A stretch of 64,000 nt of DNA from positions 73-64,072 of the forward strand of contig JBLWYD010000001.1 of NCBI GenBank assembly GCA_048267165.1, read 5' to 3'. A program made the translations under genes and the position numbers. The notes under the pieces were generated by a model that made no database searches, was not told the DNA's origin, and saw nothing but the letters and a program-made list of their open reading frames with translations. Shown piece by piece: positions 1 through 8,605 of this stretch (positions are counted from its first letter, which is position 1; the number at the start of each line of letters is the position of its first letter). The DNA comes from Bacteroidota bacterium (lineage in GTDB: Bacteria; Bacteroidota; Ignavibacteria; Kapaibacteriales; UBA2268).

Positions 1-179
1 ATATTCTAATTATACGTTTGAAACATAATAAATGATTTCACAAATTCTTTTTTCTTGATACCAAATATACAAAAAATATCAATCCATGCTCCACCTAACA
101 CCCCATCTACAAAAGAATACTTAGAGTTGTATAGTATTTTCATTAATTTGTAATCTGTAAACTAACTAGAAATACGAAA

Positions 180-1619
180 TTGAGTAAATTAACACCAAAA
201 GAAGGTAGGCTGTACGTAGTATCAACTCCTATCGGTAACTTTAATGATATTACACTACGTGCCCTCAATGTACTGCGCGAAGCCGATTTGGTGCTTTGTG
301 AGAATTACAAAGAAGCGGCGGCATTGCTTAAATACTTCAGTTTGGATAAAGAACTGGATAGCATAACTGTAAAAAGTGAAGAGGAAAGATACCCAGAATT
401 CATAATGATGATAGAGGCAGGTAAAACAATTGCCCTAATATCTGATTGTGGTACTCCTGCTTTCGCCGATCCGGGCAATCAACTTATCAATACGGCTGTT
501 AGTCGCAATTTGGATGTGCAAGTTTTGCCGGGTGCTACTAGCATAATGACTGCTTTGGTGCGATGTGGATTCGATATAGAGCGATTCTATTTCGCTGGTT
601 TCCTCTCTCGTACATCGCCTGAGCGTGTTGCAGAGCTGCGTAAGCTATCTATGAATGATGATACTTTCTGCTTGCTCGAAACTCCTTATCGCCTATTACC
701 TATGTTGGAAGATGCCGTTCAGGTTATTCCTGATAGGAGAGCGTATCTGGCTTGCAATCTGACTATGAAAAACGAAACTCATCACTATGGCACTATCCAA
801 GAGCTATATGATAAGTTCAAAGACAAAAAAGTTAAAATGGAATTCGTCTTGGTTATACAAGGCAACACTTCGGGATTACCTTTGGATAAAATTAAATACG
901 TAGAACGCGCTTCTGAATCGAGCTATCAGCACTATGATAGTGGTGAAGAGCGTCATGATGATCGTCCTCCAAGACGTGACGACAGAAGAGATGATAGAAG
1001 AGACGATCGCGGACCAAGAAGAGACGATCGTGGTGGATTTGTGCACAAAGAAAAACGTGCCGATAGACCTCGATTCCCTCGTGCATCTAGCCCAAGACGT
1101 AATGAAGGACGTGGCCAGAACCCTGAAGATGGGGGAGGAAGTGGCGACAGATCAAGATTCGACCGCGATGGTAGAAGTGGCGGAAGACCGCCAAGAAGAG
1201 ATGGTGAAAGGGGAGGTAAACCTCGTTTCAACCGTGAAGCTAGACCATTCAGCGAAGACAGAATTGGTAGAAGTCGTAAAGATGATGGTATAGACAGACC
1301 ACGCAGAGATGACCGTGGCGGAGATAGACAACCAAGAAGAGATGATGACAGACCGAGATTCAACCGCGATGATAGAGGTGGAGAAAGACCGCCAAGAAGA
1401 GATAGCGGAGATGGCGATAGACCACGCTCAGACAGACCAAGACGCGATGACACTCGCAAACTACCTCGTAGAAAAGACGAAATGGGTAGATCGCAAGTTC
1501 AACGCAGAAGCCGAGAAGATGGAGAGAAAGGCAGTGACGAAATCCGCAAGTTCGCAGGTTGGAGAAAAGATGATATAAGAGATAAAAAACCAAAAGATGA
1601 TAATGACAGTAAAGATTAG
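180..1619 (+). CDS. rsmI: 16S rRNA 2'-O-ribose methyltransferase RsmI fused to a ~240-aa Arg/Asp/Gly/Pro-rich low-complexity C-terminal tail
   Basis: The N-terminal ~235 aa show the RsmI/tetrapyrrole-methylase pattern (LYVVSTPIGN, DLVLCE, ALISDCGTPAFADPG, LPGATS). Residues ~245-479 are PRRDDR / DRGG / RPRFNR-type repeats. Confidence 0.85.
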   Translation: MSKLTPKEGRLYVVSTPIGNFNDITLRALNVLREADLVLCENYKEAAALLKYFSLDKELDSITVKSEEERYPEFIMMIEAGKTIALISDCGTPAFADPGNQLINTAVSRNLDVQVLPGATSIMTALVRCGFDIERFYFAGFLSRTSPERVAELRKLSMNDDTFCLLETPYRLLPMLEDAVQVIPDRRAYLACNLTMKNETHHYGTIQELYDKFKDKKVKMEFVLVIQGNTSGLPLDKIKYVERASESSYQHYDSGEERHDDRPPRRDDRRDDRRDDRGPRRDDRGGFVHKEKRADRPRFPRASSPRRNEGRGQNPEDGGGSGDRSRFDRDGRSGGRPPRRDGERGGKPRFNREARPFSEDRIGRSRKDDGIDRPRRDDRGGDRQPRRDDDRPRFNRDDRGGERPPRRDSGDGDRPRSDRPRRDDTRKLPRRKDEMGRSQVQRRSREDGEKGSDEIRKFAGWRKDDIRDKKPKDDNDSKD

Positions 1620-2052
1620 AAGAATAGAAGAAAAGTATAATGATTTGCCACTACCAAGCTATGCTTCTGGTGGTTCGGCAGGTATGGATGTATATGCTGC
1701 AACAGATGAGCCGATAACTATAAAGCACGGCGAAGTAAAAATGATACCTACTAATTTGGCTATTGCCTTGGAAAGTGGGTACGAATGTCAAGTACGTTCA
1801 CGTAGTGGATTGGCTGCTAAAAATGGTGTTTTCGCACTGAATGCACCCGGCACAGTGGATAGCGATTACCGAGGTGAGATAAAGATAATTCTTGCTAACT
1901 TCGGTGAGGCAGATTTCACAATCGAGCGAGGTGATAGAATAGCACAGCTAGTTATAGCTCAGTATGAGCATATTGGTTGGAGCGAAGTTGAGTCTCTAGA
2001 TGAGACTGACAGAGGAGAAGGCGGCTTCGGTAGTACGGGAGTGAAGCAATGA
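1597..2052 (+). CDS. dut: dUTP diphosphatase
   Basis: dUTPase motifs are present: AGMDVYA, SRSGLAAK, GTVDSDYRGE, RIAQLV, GGFGSTG. The 5' end overlaps the rsmI tail, and the start may be the second ATG at 1603. Confidence 0.9.
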   Translation: MIMTVKIRRIEEKYNDLPLPSYASGGSAGMDVYAATDEPITIKHGEVKMIPTNLAIALESGYECQVRSRSGLAAKNGVFALNAPGTVDSDYRGEIKIILANFGEADFTIERGDRIAQLVIAQYEHIGWSEVESLDETDRGEGGFGSTGVKQ

Positions 2053-2975
2053 GCCGTCCGAGAATAGTATTCATGGGTACTCCAGAGTTCTCAGTGCCTA
2101 CTTTGAGAGCAATCAACGAGCATTTCGAGATACCAGCTGTGGTAACTGTACCCGATAAGCCGAAAGGTAGAGGTCAGAAGATGATGCCATCACCAGTGAA
2201 AGCTGCGGCAGAGGAACTTGGTCTTAAGGTATTGCAACCAGTATCGCTGAAAGATGAAGATTTCATCGATGAGCTGAAAGAAATAAACGCTGATATATTT
2301 TGCATAGTAGCATTCAGGATATTGCCAACGGCAGTATTCACTTTACCTAAGATAGCTTCGTTCAATGTACATACTAGTTTGTTGCCTAAGTTCAGAGGCG
2401 CTGCTCCTATTAATTGGGCAATAATCAAAGGCGAAACGAAAAGCGGTGTTACTTCGTTCATACTCGATGAGAACATAGATACAGGCAATATAGTCGGTAC
2501 TAGAGAAGTAGCAATAGGTGAATCGATGACGGCAGGCGAGCTACACGATGAGCTAATGCCATTAGCGGCAGAGTTAGCAGTAGAGACTTGTGAGCAGTTA
2601 CTATCTGGTGAATATCAGAGATTAGTGCAAGACGATAGCTTAGCTAGCCCAGCACCGAAGATATTCAGAGATGATTGCAAAATCGATTTTAATTTAGATG
2701 CCGAGGACTTGAAGAACTTCATAAATGGTATGTCACCCATTCCGGGAGCATGGACTATTCTGGAAGGAAAGAAAGTAAAATTGCTAAAAAGTGAAATTTC
2801 ATCGGAAATTAACACAAAACCTAAGCATTATTTAATAAAAAATGATAATTTTCTGTTACAAACTGCGTCTGGAACTGTTAAAGTATTAGTAATCCAACCT
2901 GAAGGAAAAAAAGTTATGCAAATACGCGATTTTCTGGCAGGATATAGAGGTAATAAAGAAGGTATATTAGAATGA
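2049..2975 (+). CDS. fmt: methionyl-tRNA formyltransferase
   Basis: IVFMGTPEFSVPTL and HTSLLPKFRGAAPINWAI motifs are present. It has a 4-nt overlap with dut. Confidence 0.9.
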   Translation: MSRPRIVFMGTPEFSVPTLRAINEHFEIPAVVTVPDKPKGRGQKMMPSPVKAAAEELGLKVLQPVSLKDEDFIDELKEINADIFCIVAFRILPTAVFTLPKIASFNVHTSLLPKFRGAAPINWAIIKGETKSGVTSFILDENIDTGNIVGTREVAIGESMTAGELHDELMPLAAELAVETCEQLLSGEYQRLVQDDSLASPAPKIFRDDCKIDFNLDAEDLKNFINGMSPIPGAWTILEGKKVKLLKSEISSEINTKPKHYLIKNDNFLLQTASGTVKVLVIQPEGKKVMQIRDFLAGYRGNKEGILE

Positions 2976-3934
2976 AAAGAATAGCGATATTGACAAGTGG
3001 TGGCGATGCCCCCGGTATGAATGCACACATCAGAGCCGTAGTACGTACGGGTTTAGCTCGTGGACTAGAAGTAGTAGGTATAGTCGGCGGTTATGAAGGA
3101 CTGATGGAAGGTAACTTCAGAAAATTGGAAAGAAAAGATACAGTTAATATAGTTTCACAAGGTGGGACTATACTTAAGACGAGTCGCTCGGAAGTATTCC
3201 TATCGAAAGAAGGAAGAGCTAAGGGTGCAAAAAATTTGAAAGATAATAATATAGACGGCTTGATTGCCTGCGGTGGTGATGGTACTCTGAAAGGAGCCCA
3301 CGCACTATTCAAAGAGCACGGAGTTAGGATAGTAGGTACACCCGGTACTATTGACAATGATTTGTATGGTACTTATTATACTATTGGGTTCGATACAGCT
3401 TGTAACACAGCTGCCGAAGCAATAGATAGAATCCGCGATACTGCCGATTCGCACGGTCGTGTATTCATAGTAGAAGTAATGGGACGACACGAAGGTCACA
3501 TAGCTATGGAAGTTGGTATCTCTTGTGGTGCAGAGTATATATCTGTTCCCGAGGCCGTTACTAATCTAGAAATCCTTTACGATAAATATACTCAACTTGG
3601 CTTCCACAACCGTACTATAATAGTAATCGGAGAAGGTGGCGGTAAGTACAAAGGTGCTTACGAGCTAGCAGAAGCATTAAAAAATGAATATAATATAGAC
3701 GCAAAATGTGCTGTATTGGGTCACATCCAACGTGGTGGTTCGCCTACTGTTCGCGATAGAACATTAGCTAGTCACTTGGGGTTGTCAGCAGTTGACGCTC
3801 TACTTGCTGGTAAAACGAATGTATTAGTTGGTCGTGTACACCACAATATTACTTATACTCCATTCCCAGAGACTTGGACTAAGAGAAAAGAATTGCAGCC
3901 GTATATGTTTGACCTAGCAGAGCTTCTTGCATAG
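2972..3934 (+). CDS. pfkA: ATP-dependent 6-phosphofructokinase
   Basis: Motifs ILTSGGDAPGMNA, GGDGT, PGTIDND and LGHIQRGG. Confidence 0.9.
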   Translation: MKRIAILTSGGDAPGMNAHIRAVVRTGLARGLEVVGIVGGYEGLMEGNFRKLERKDTVNIVSQGGTILKTSRSEVFLSKEGRAKGAKNLKDNNIDGLIACGGDGTLKGAHALFKEHGVRIVGTPGTIDNDLYGTYYTIGFDTACNTAAEAIDRIRDTADSHGRVFIVEVMGRHEGHIAMEVGISCGAEYISVPEAVTNLEILYDKYTQLGFHNRTIIVIGEGGGKYKGAYELAEALKNEYNIDAKCAVLGHIQRGGSPTVRDRTLASHLGLSAVDALLAGKTNVLVGRVHHNITYTPFPETWTKRKELQPYMFDLAELLA

Positions 3935-3937
3935 TAT

Positions 3938-4810
3938 ATGATAACTTATGCCATATTCGAAGCAATAGACAGACCCGAAGCTGAAGAACTAGCCGTAAAG
4001 GCAATAGAAATTCTTCAAAGACTCGGTGCGAATGTCTGTGTTTCGGAAACATTAGTCAAGAAATATGGCGATAGTATGCCTGAGATTAGAGTATGCAAAC
4101 GCTCTAGCTATGATGATGTTGCCGATGTTATAATCACTTTTGGTGGCGACGGTACAATACTTTCGGCAGTCCAATCTTATATAACTTCCGATGTTCCTAT
4201 TATGGGATTCAACGTTGGGAAGCTCGGCTTTCTAGCTGAATTCGTAGTCAGCGGACTAGAAGAAACACTCAAAGATTTGATGAAAGGTAACTATAAGGTT
4301 ATCACTCGCTCGGCTATCGAAACAACTATTGACGGCGAGACTATATATGCCCTCAACGATATGGTAATAGAGAAGAGCGAAACTTCGCACATGGTAGAAA
4401 TCAAGGCATATTCGAACAAGCATTTCATTGGTGAGTACTTCGCAGATGGTTTGATAATAGCTACTCCTACTGGCTCAACTGCATACAGTCTTTCTGCTGG
4501 TGGACCTGTTATATTCCCGACTTCACCCGTGTTTTGTATTACCCCTGTTTCACCTCATTCACTTACTCATAGACCGCTCGTAGTACCTGACAATCAGCAG
4601 CTAGAATTTGAAGTGTATAGCCGAACAGGTGAGCTAAAGCTAGTAGCTGACGGTAAAGTCAGAAAGAAAATTAAAAATGGTGATATAATCCAGATTAGAA
4701 AATCGGATGAAACCGTAAAACTTGTAGAACCTGAGAATAGCTCGTTCTTCGACGTACTAAGGGATAAGTTCCTTTGGGCAGAACACAGAACGAATAAGGA
4801 GATTAAATAA
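3938..4810 (+). CDS. nadK: NAD kinase
   Basis: Motifs GGDGTIL, NVGKLGFL and ATPTGSTAYSLSAGGP. Confidence 0.9.
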   Translation: MITYAIFEAIDRPEAEELAVKAIEILQRLGANVCVSETLVKKYGDSMPEIRVCKRSSYDDVADVIITFGGDGTILSAVQSYITSDVPIMGFNVGKLGFLAEFVVSGLEETLKDLMKGNYKVITRSAIETTIDGETIYALNDMVIEKSETSHMVEIKAYSNKHFIGEYFADGLIIATPTGSTAYSLSAGGPVIFPTSPVFCITPVSPHSLTHRPLVVPDNQQLEFEVYSRTGELKLVADGKVRKKIKNGDIIQIRKSDETVKLVEPENSSFFDVLRDKFLWAEHRTNKEIK

Positions 4811-4893
4811 TCGAACATTTTTTTGCTTCCATAGATTGGTCAGTCAGCCCAGATTTAATTGATTTCGGAATACTCAAAATCCGCTGGTATGGG

Positions 4894-5607
4894 TTGCTAT
4901 TTGCACTCTCTTTCGTATTAGGATATCAGATTATTCACAAGATATTCCAGCACGAAGGACACACTCAAAAGCAATTAGACTCACTAACTGTATATATGAT
5001 TTTGGGAACAGTAATCGGTGCTAGATTGGGTCACTGCCTATTCTACGAGCCGTCTTATTACTTATCTAATCCTATAGAAATACTAAAAGTTTGGAACGGA
5101 GGACTAGCCAGCCACGGGGCTGCAATAGGTATCCTAACTTCGCTCTATATATTCGCACAGAAAAACAAAGACATATCCTACCCTTGGATAGTAGATAGAA
5201 TAGTTATAGTAGTTGCTTCGGCAGGTTTTTTCATCCGCCTTGGTAATTTCTTCAATTCGGAGATACTTGGAACGCCGTCAGATTTGCCCTGGGCTGTCGT
5301 TTTTCATAGAATAGATGAGATTGCACGCCATCCATCGCAAATGTACGAGGCAATAGCTTATCTGGGCATATTCGCAGTACTTTGGGCGCACTATAGCAAA
5401 TGGAAAGAGAAAACTGCAGACTATGCTCTACTTTCTCGATTTTTGATAATGATATTTAGTGCTAGATTTATAATCGAGTTCACTAAAGAAAATCAATCGG
5501 CATTCGAAAATGGGATGTTCCTTAACATGGGGCAACTCCTGAGCATACCACTTATTATACTCGGTGTGATACTACTTATAAGATCAGCTGGTAAGCAAAA
5601 GGTCTAA
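4894..5607 (+). CDS. lgt: prolipoprotein diacylglyceryl transferase; the true start is almost certainly upstream of the listed TTG
   Basis: This is a multi-TM Lgt-like protein. The conserved N-terminal segment FFASIDWSVSPDLIDFGILKIRWYG is encoded in frame at 4813-4893, upstream of the ORF-track start, with no ATG/GTG/TTG available. Confidence 0.85.
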   Translation: MLFALSFVLGYQIIHKIFQHEGHTQKQLDSLTVYMILGTVIGARLGHCLFYEPSYYLSNPIEILKVWNGGLASHGAAIGILTSLYIFAQKNKDISYPWIVDRIVIVVASAGFFIRLGNFFNSEILGTPSDLPWAVVFHRIDEIARHPSQMYEAIAYLGIFAVLWAHYSKWKEKTADYALLSRFLIMIFSARFIIEFTKENQSAFENGMFLNMGQLLSIPLIILGVILLIRSAGKQKV

Positions 5608-5618
5608 TTTTTCTGAAA

Positions 5619-5684
5619 GTAGAGACGTATTGCATACGTCTCCAAGAGTAGAAGGATTCTGAGACGTATGCAATACGTCTCTAC
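5619..5684. repeat. perfect 24-bp inverted repeat pair (GTAGAGACGTATTGCATACGTCTC / reverse complement) separated by 18 nt; family C repeat
   Basis: 5619-5642 is the exact reverse complement of 5661-5684, and each arm is itself nearly palindromic. The pair lies 12 nt after the lgt stop. Confidence 0.9.
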
Positions 5685-5763
5685 AAAGCCACTGTGCATT
5701 GGAATGGATACTTCTAACGCCTTTAGCGTAATCTGTATGACAGTGCATGCTCAATGTCGTAAC

Positions 5764-5796
5764 AAAAAAAAGACGCATATTTCTATGCGTCTTGCT
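5764..5796 (-). terminator. Rho-independent terminator downstream of nadV (family A hairpin)
   Basis: On the minus strand, stem AGACGCATA / TATGCGTCT is followed by a run of 8 T. The 33 nt are identical to 8466-8498. Confidence 0.8.
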
Positions 5797-5804
5797 GAAT
5801 TATT

Positions 5805-7178
5805 CTATAAATTAACATTTGCTTTCACTTGTTCGTGAGTATATTCTTTAATTAATACTCCATCTTCAAAGACTGTTTCAAGTAAGTCCACATTTGATGA
5901 ATCTTTACGTACGCTCTTAAATCCATCATCCGACCTAATTAATTGTAATCTACCTTTTTTAGATGTTTTTCCTTTGTCTGTTATTGGGTCTTTGAATACA
6001 TCGTACCATTTACCAGACCGTCTTATAGCACTACACTTGATTGCGAACTTCTGAGTATCACGGTCATGTTTCTGTAATAAACCACCACCTGAACCAAAAG
6101 TAATGTTCTCAGCTGACCAGCCATTGATTAAGTAATTTCCTAATATATCTTTTATCATCGCCAAATCTATACCGTCACCTTGTATTATTCTAATTTTAGG
6201 ATTCAAAACTTTAAATCCTTTAGAGTTGTAAGTATATCCAAATTTATCACCCAAAATATTAATTATTTTGAGAGTAACTACTTCTGGATTACCTGAATCT
6301 GGACGTATTATTAATGTACCGTCTCTATTTAGAATCTCATCTTTTAGCTCTGTACCCCATAAATTAGCACACGCATTATATATATCATAGCTGTCGCTTA
6401 CACAGGCTACTAAGCCAGTAGGATAGCTTTCTAACATATTCCTGTATGCCTCTAATTCATCATCCCAACTTGTTATCGTTGAGTGTTCGGAAGCAGGGAT
6501 TGAGTAACCTGAATTACTACTAGCAGAATAATAGTTATTTAGTAATCTCATTGAGATTAGATTATCCGTCCCCATGAAATTAATCAGATGAGCCGAACCA
6601 CCAATAGCTGCCGTTTCTGATGATGAGACTCCTCTAGAACCGAAGTCATGTAACTTGAAATCTATTCCATCCATTGTATCACTAGTCTTTTCATAGAATC
6701 CTTTTACTACATTTTTGATTTCATGTGAATATGTAGCAACTGTACTTGGATACCAAACTCTTGATAGTAAAGTTTCCAGATAATTAGTCAACCAGAAGAA
6801 TTCGGGATCAGTGTTCTCTATTGTCATCATTACGTTCTTGTAAGGGATTCTACTACCTTCGGGTACAGCTTTTATTCTGATTGGTAAGTGGCCGTTATGT
6901 TTTTCAAGAAGTCTAGTCCATGCCTTTTCATTAAAAATAGAACCTGACTGGAAGTGATTCGACAGCAATTCTTTAGCTTCTTGAATCTTTTCTTGTGTTA
7001 TTACTTTACCGGTTAGATATTCTTTGATATAATACTGCAGACCGTAGAATATCACATTTTGGAATCTACCACCTCTACTTTCATAGTATGAGTAAACAAT
7101 TTCTGTGTCTTTAGGGTATTGTAAATAGTGGCTTACTTTATAACTATCAGTATCGAGTATAATATTATTTGCAAACAT
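5805..7178 (-). CDS. nadV: nicotinamide phosphoribosyltransferase (NAMPT/NadV)
   Basis: The N-terminus ILDTDSYKVSHYLQYP and the overall ~457-aa NAPRTase-family pattern are typical of NadV. Confidence 0.85.
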   Translation of the reverse strand: MFANNIILDTDSYKVSHYLQYPKDTEIVYSYYESRGGRFQNVIFYGLQYYIKEYLTGKVITQEKIQEAKELLSNHFQSGSIFNEKAWTRLLEKHNGHLPIRIKAVPEGSRIPYKNVMMTIENTDPEFFWLTNYLETLLSRVWYPSTVATYSHEIKNVVKGFYEKTSDTMDGIDFKLHDFGSRGVSSSETAAIGGSAHLINFMGTDNLISMRLLNNYYSASSNSGYSIPASEHSTITSWDDELEAYRNMLESYPTGLVACVSDSYDIYNACANLWGTELKDEILNRDGTLIIRPDSGNPEVVTLKIINILGDKFGYTYNSKGFKVLNPKIRIIQGDGIDLAMIKDILGNYLINGWSAENITFGSGGGLLQKHDRDTQKFAIKCSAIRRSGKWYDVFKDPITDKGKTSKKGRLQLIRSDDGFKSVRKDSSNVDLLETVFEDGVLIKEYTHEQVKANVNL

Positions 7179-7182
7179 GATA

Positions 7183-8277
7183 TTACCTTATTGATTTAAT
7201 TAATGATTCTAATAGAATGTGATGTTCTGGCATAACATCGGCTTCTGTAATTTCGCTGAGTTTAAACCATTTCAAAAAGGCAATGTCATCAGCTGGTTGA
7301 GCTTTGCCATAAGTATAAGTTGCTTTATAGAAAATTGTAATAATCTTATCAATTTCATTTTTATATCTCCAATCATCTATTTTATGACTTGATATATATT
7401 GGAAGTCGTTTACCTCTAATCCAGTTTCTTCGGATACTTCTCTACGTGCTGTATTTTCAAAATTCAAATCCTTTGGGTCTGAAAAGCCACCAATAAATCT
7501 ATAATTAGATTCATCAGCTTTTTTACCCAATAGAACCTCATCACCATTAATAATTGCGATATCAACGGTTGTATGAACTCTTGGGTACTGATTAAAAGTA
7601 GCGTAAATATTTCCTGCTCTGAAGTCTTTACTAGTGTACTTATTATTATGTATATTCTCACGGATTTGCGAGCCCGCTACAGTCACAATGCTAGGTAGAG
7701 CATAAGTAGAGTATTTGCCCGAATAATGTTGAATAAAGCTATCTCTAGACCCGTATAGGAGTACTAGTGAATTTGGGTATATCTCAGCTATTCTATTATC
7801 TAAAGTCTTAGACCAAAGTTCATTGGATGACATATCGGGTAATGGTACAACAGTCACATCATCAAATTTATCTTCGATCATATTTTTTCTAGATTCGTAA
7901 TCTAGTGGGTTACGCTTTGATGATAAAACTGGAGTAACCCCAAGAAAGATGACTACTTTCCTGTGCTTTTGCTTTACATTATCGATTAGCGAAATGTGTC
8001 CGTCGTGCAAATCATCAACTTGGAATCTACCAACTATAACTCCCACAGAAGACAGTTCTGGGTGAATTTTATTAATCAAATCGGGGTCTAACCCTTGACG
8101 TTGTACAATTGAAGATGATGTGCTTCTACTAAGCATAATTTGTTTTGAATACTTCATGTAATCTTTACCTTCTATGTATTCTTTGTCAAGTATATTATGC
8201 AACCCTTGCTTTGATAGTTTACCGCCATTAGACTCTATCAATTCGAGTATCTCTGATATTGTGTACTGTCTTTCCAT
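7183..8277 (-). CDS. nadM: bifunctional NMN adenylyltransferase / Nudix (ADP-ribose pyrophosphatase-type) protein with an extra ~85-aa N-terminal HTH-like extension
   Basis: GRFQVDDLHDGH is a nucleotidyltransferase HxGH motif. The Nudix box is GGFSDPKDLNFENTARREVSEETGLEV. The N-terminus YTISEILELIESNGGKLSKQGLHNIL looks like a helix-turn-helix. Confidence 0.8.
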   Translation of the reverse strand: MERQYTISEILELIESNGGKLSKQGLHNILDKEYIEGKDYMKYSKQIMLSRSTSSSIVQRQGLDPDLINKIHPELSSVGVIVGRFQVDDLHDGHISLIDNVKQKHRKVVIFLGVTPVLSSKRNPLDYESRKNMIEDKFDDVTVVPLPDMSSNELWSKTLDNRIAEIYPNSLVLLYGSRDSFIQHYSGKYSTYALPSIVTVAGSQIRENIHNNKYTSKDFRAGNIYATFNQYPRVHTTVDIAIINGDEVLLGKKADESNYRFIGGFSDPKDLNFENTARREVSEETGLEVNDFQYISSHKIDDWRYKNEIDKIITIFYKATYTYGKAQPADDIAFLKWFKLSEITEADVMPEHHILLESLIKSIR

Positions 8278-8465
8278 AATATTTCCGGTTATTGTAAATT
8301 ACAACTAGACAAACATACATATTTATTTGACGTATGTCAAGTATTATTTTCTTTTTAAGGGAGGTCGATTTATTGTCAGTTCTTACAAATAAGAGGTGGA
8401 CCGCATAACTATAGGTTTTGGATAGAGTAAAGGGGGTGTCTTAATTAAATAAAATTCGTATTGTA

Positions 8466-8498
8466 AAAAAAAAGACGCATATTTCTATGCGTCTTGCT
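8466..8498 (-). terminator. Rho-independent terminator downstream of dnaK (family A hairpin)
   Basis: It has the same 33 nt as 5764-5796. On the minus strand the hairpin is followed by a run of 9 T. Confidence 0.8.
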
Positions 8499-8510
8499 TC
8501 TATTTTTATG

Positions 8511-8598
8511 TCATAGCGAGCGTAGCGTGGCTATCTCTTTCTTTACACTCTGACGAGATTACCACGTCCTCTTCGTTGCACTCAGAGTCCTCGTAATG
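8511..8598 (-). repeat. ~88-nt intergenic repeat (family B) in the dnaK 3' UTR
   Basis: Its reverse complement aligns along its whole length with 41927-42014 (TCATTACGAGGACTCTGAGTGNAACGAAGAGGACGTGGTAATC ... AGAGATAGCCRCGCTWCGCTCGCTATGAC). Confidence 0.85.
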
Positions 8599-8605
8599 AA
8601 ACTTC

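Noticed and set aside
6-143. A 45-codon minus-strand ORF (MKILYNSKYSFVDGVLGGAWIDIF...) lies at the left edge, divergent from rsmI.
   Set aside because: It is too short, matches no recognisable family and sits in an AT-rich promoter-like region. I cannot support it as a gene.
892-1593. Five overlapping ORFs on both strands (892-1086-, 934-1293+, 953-1459-, 1309-1578+, 1360-1593-) lie inside the rsmI tail region.
   Set aside because: They are by-products of the GA/GAC/AGA-rich repetitive coding sequence of the RD-rich tail, which keeps other frames open. Their products are low-complexity (S/L/P-rich or M/V/E-rich), and the rsmI frame is continuous with a recognisable domain and with the dut start.
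5584-5778. A 64-aa minus-strand ORF lies between lgt and nadV.
   Set aside because: It is composed of the family C inverted repeats and terminator sequence, so it is a read-through of palindromic repeats rather than a gene.
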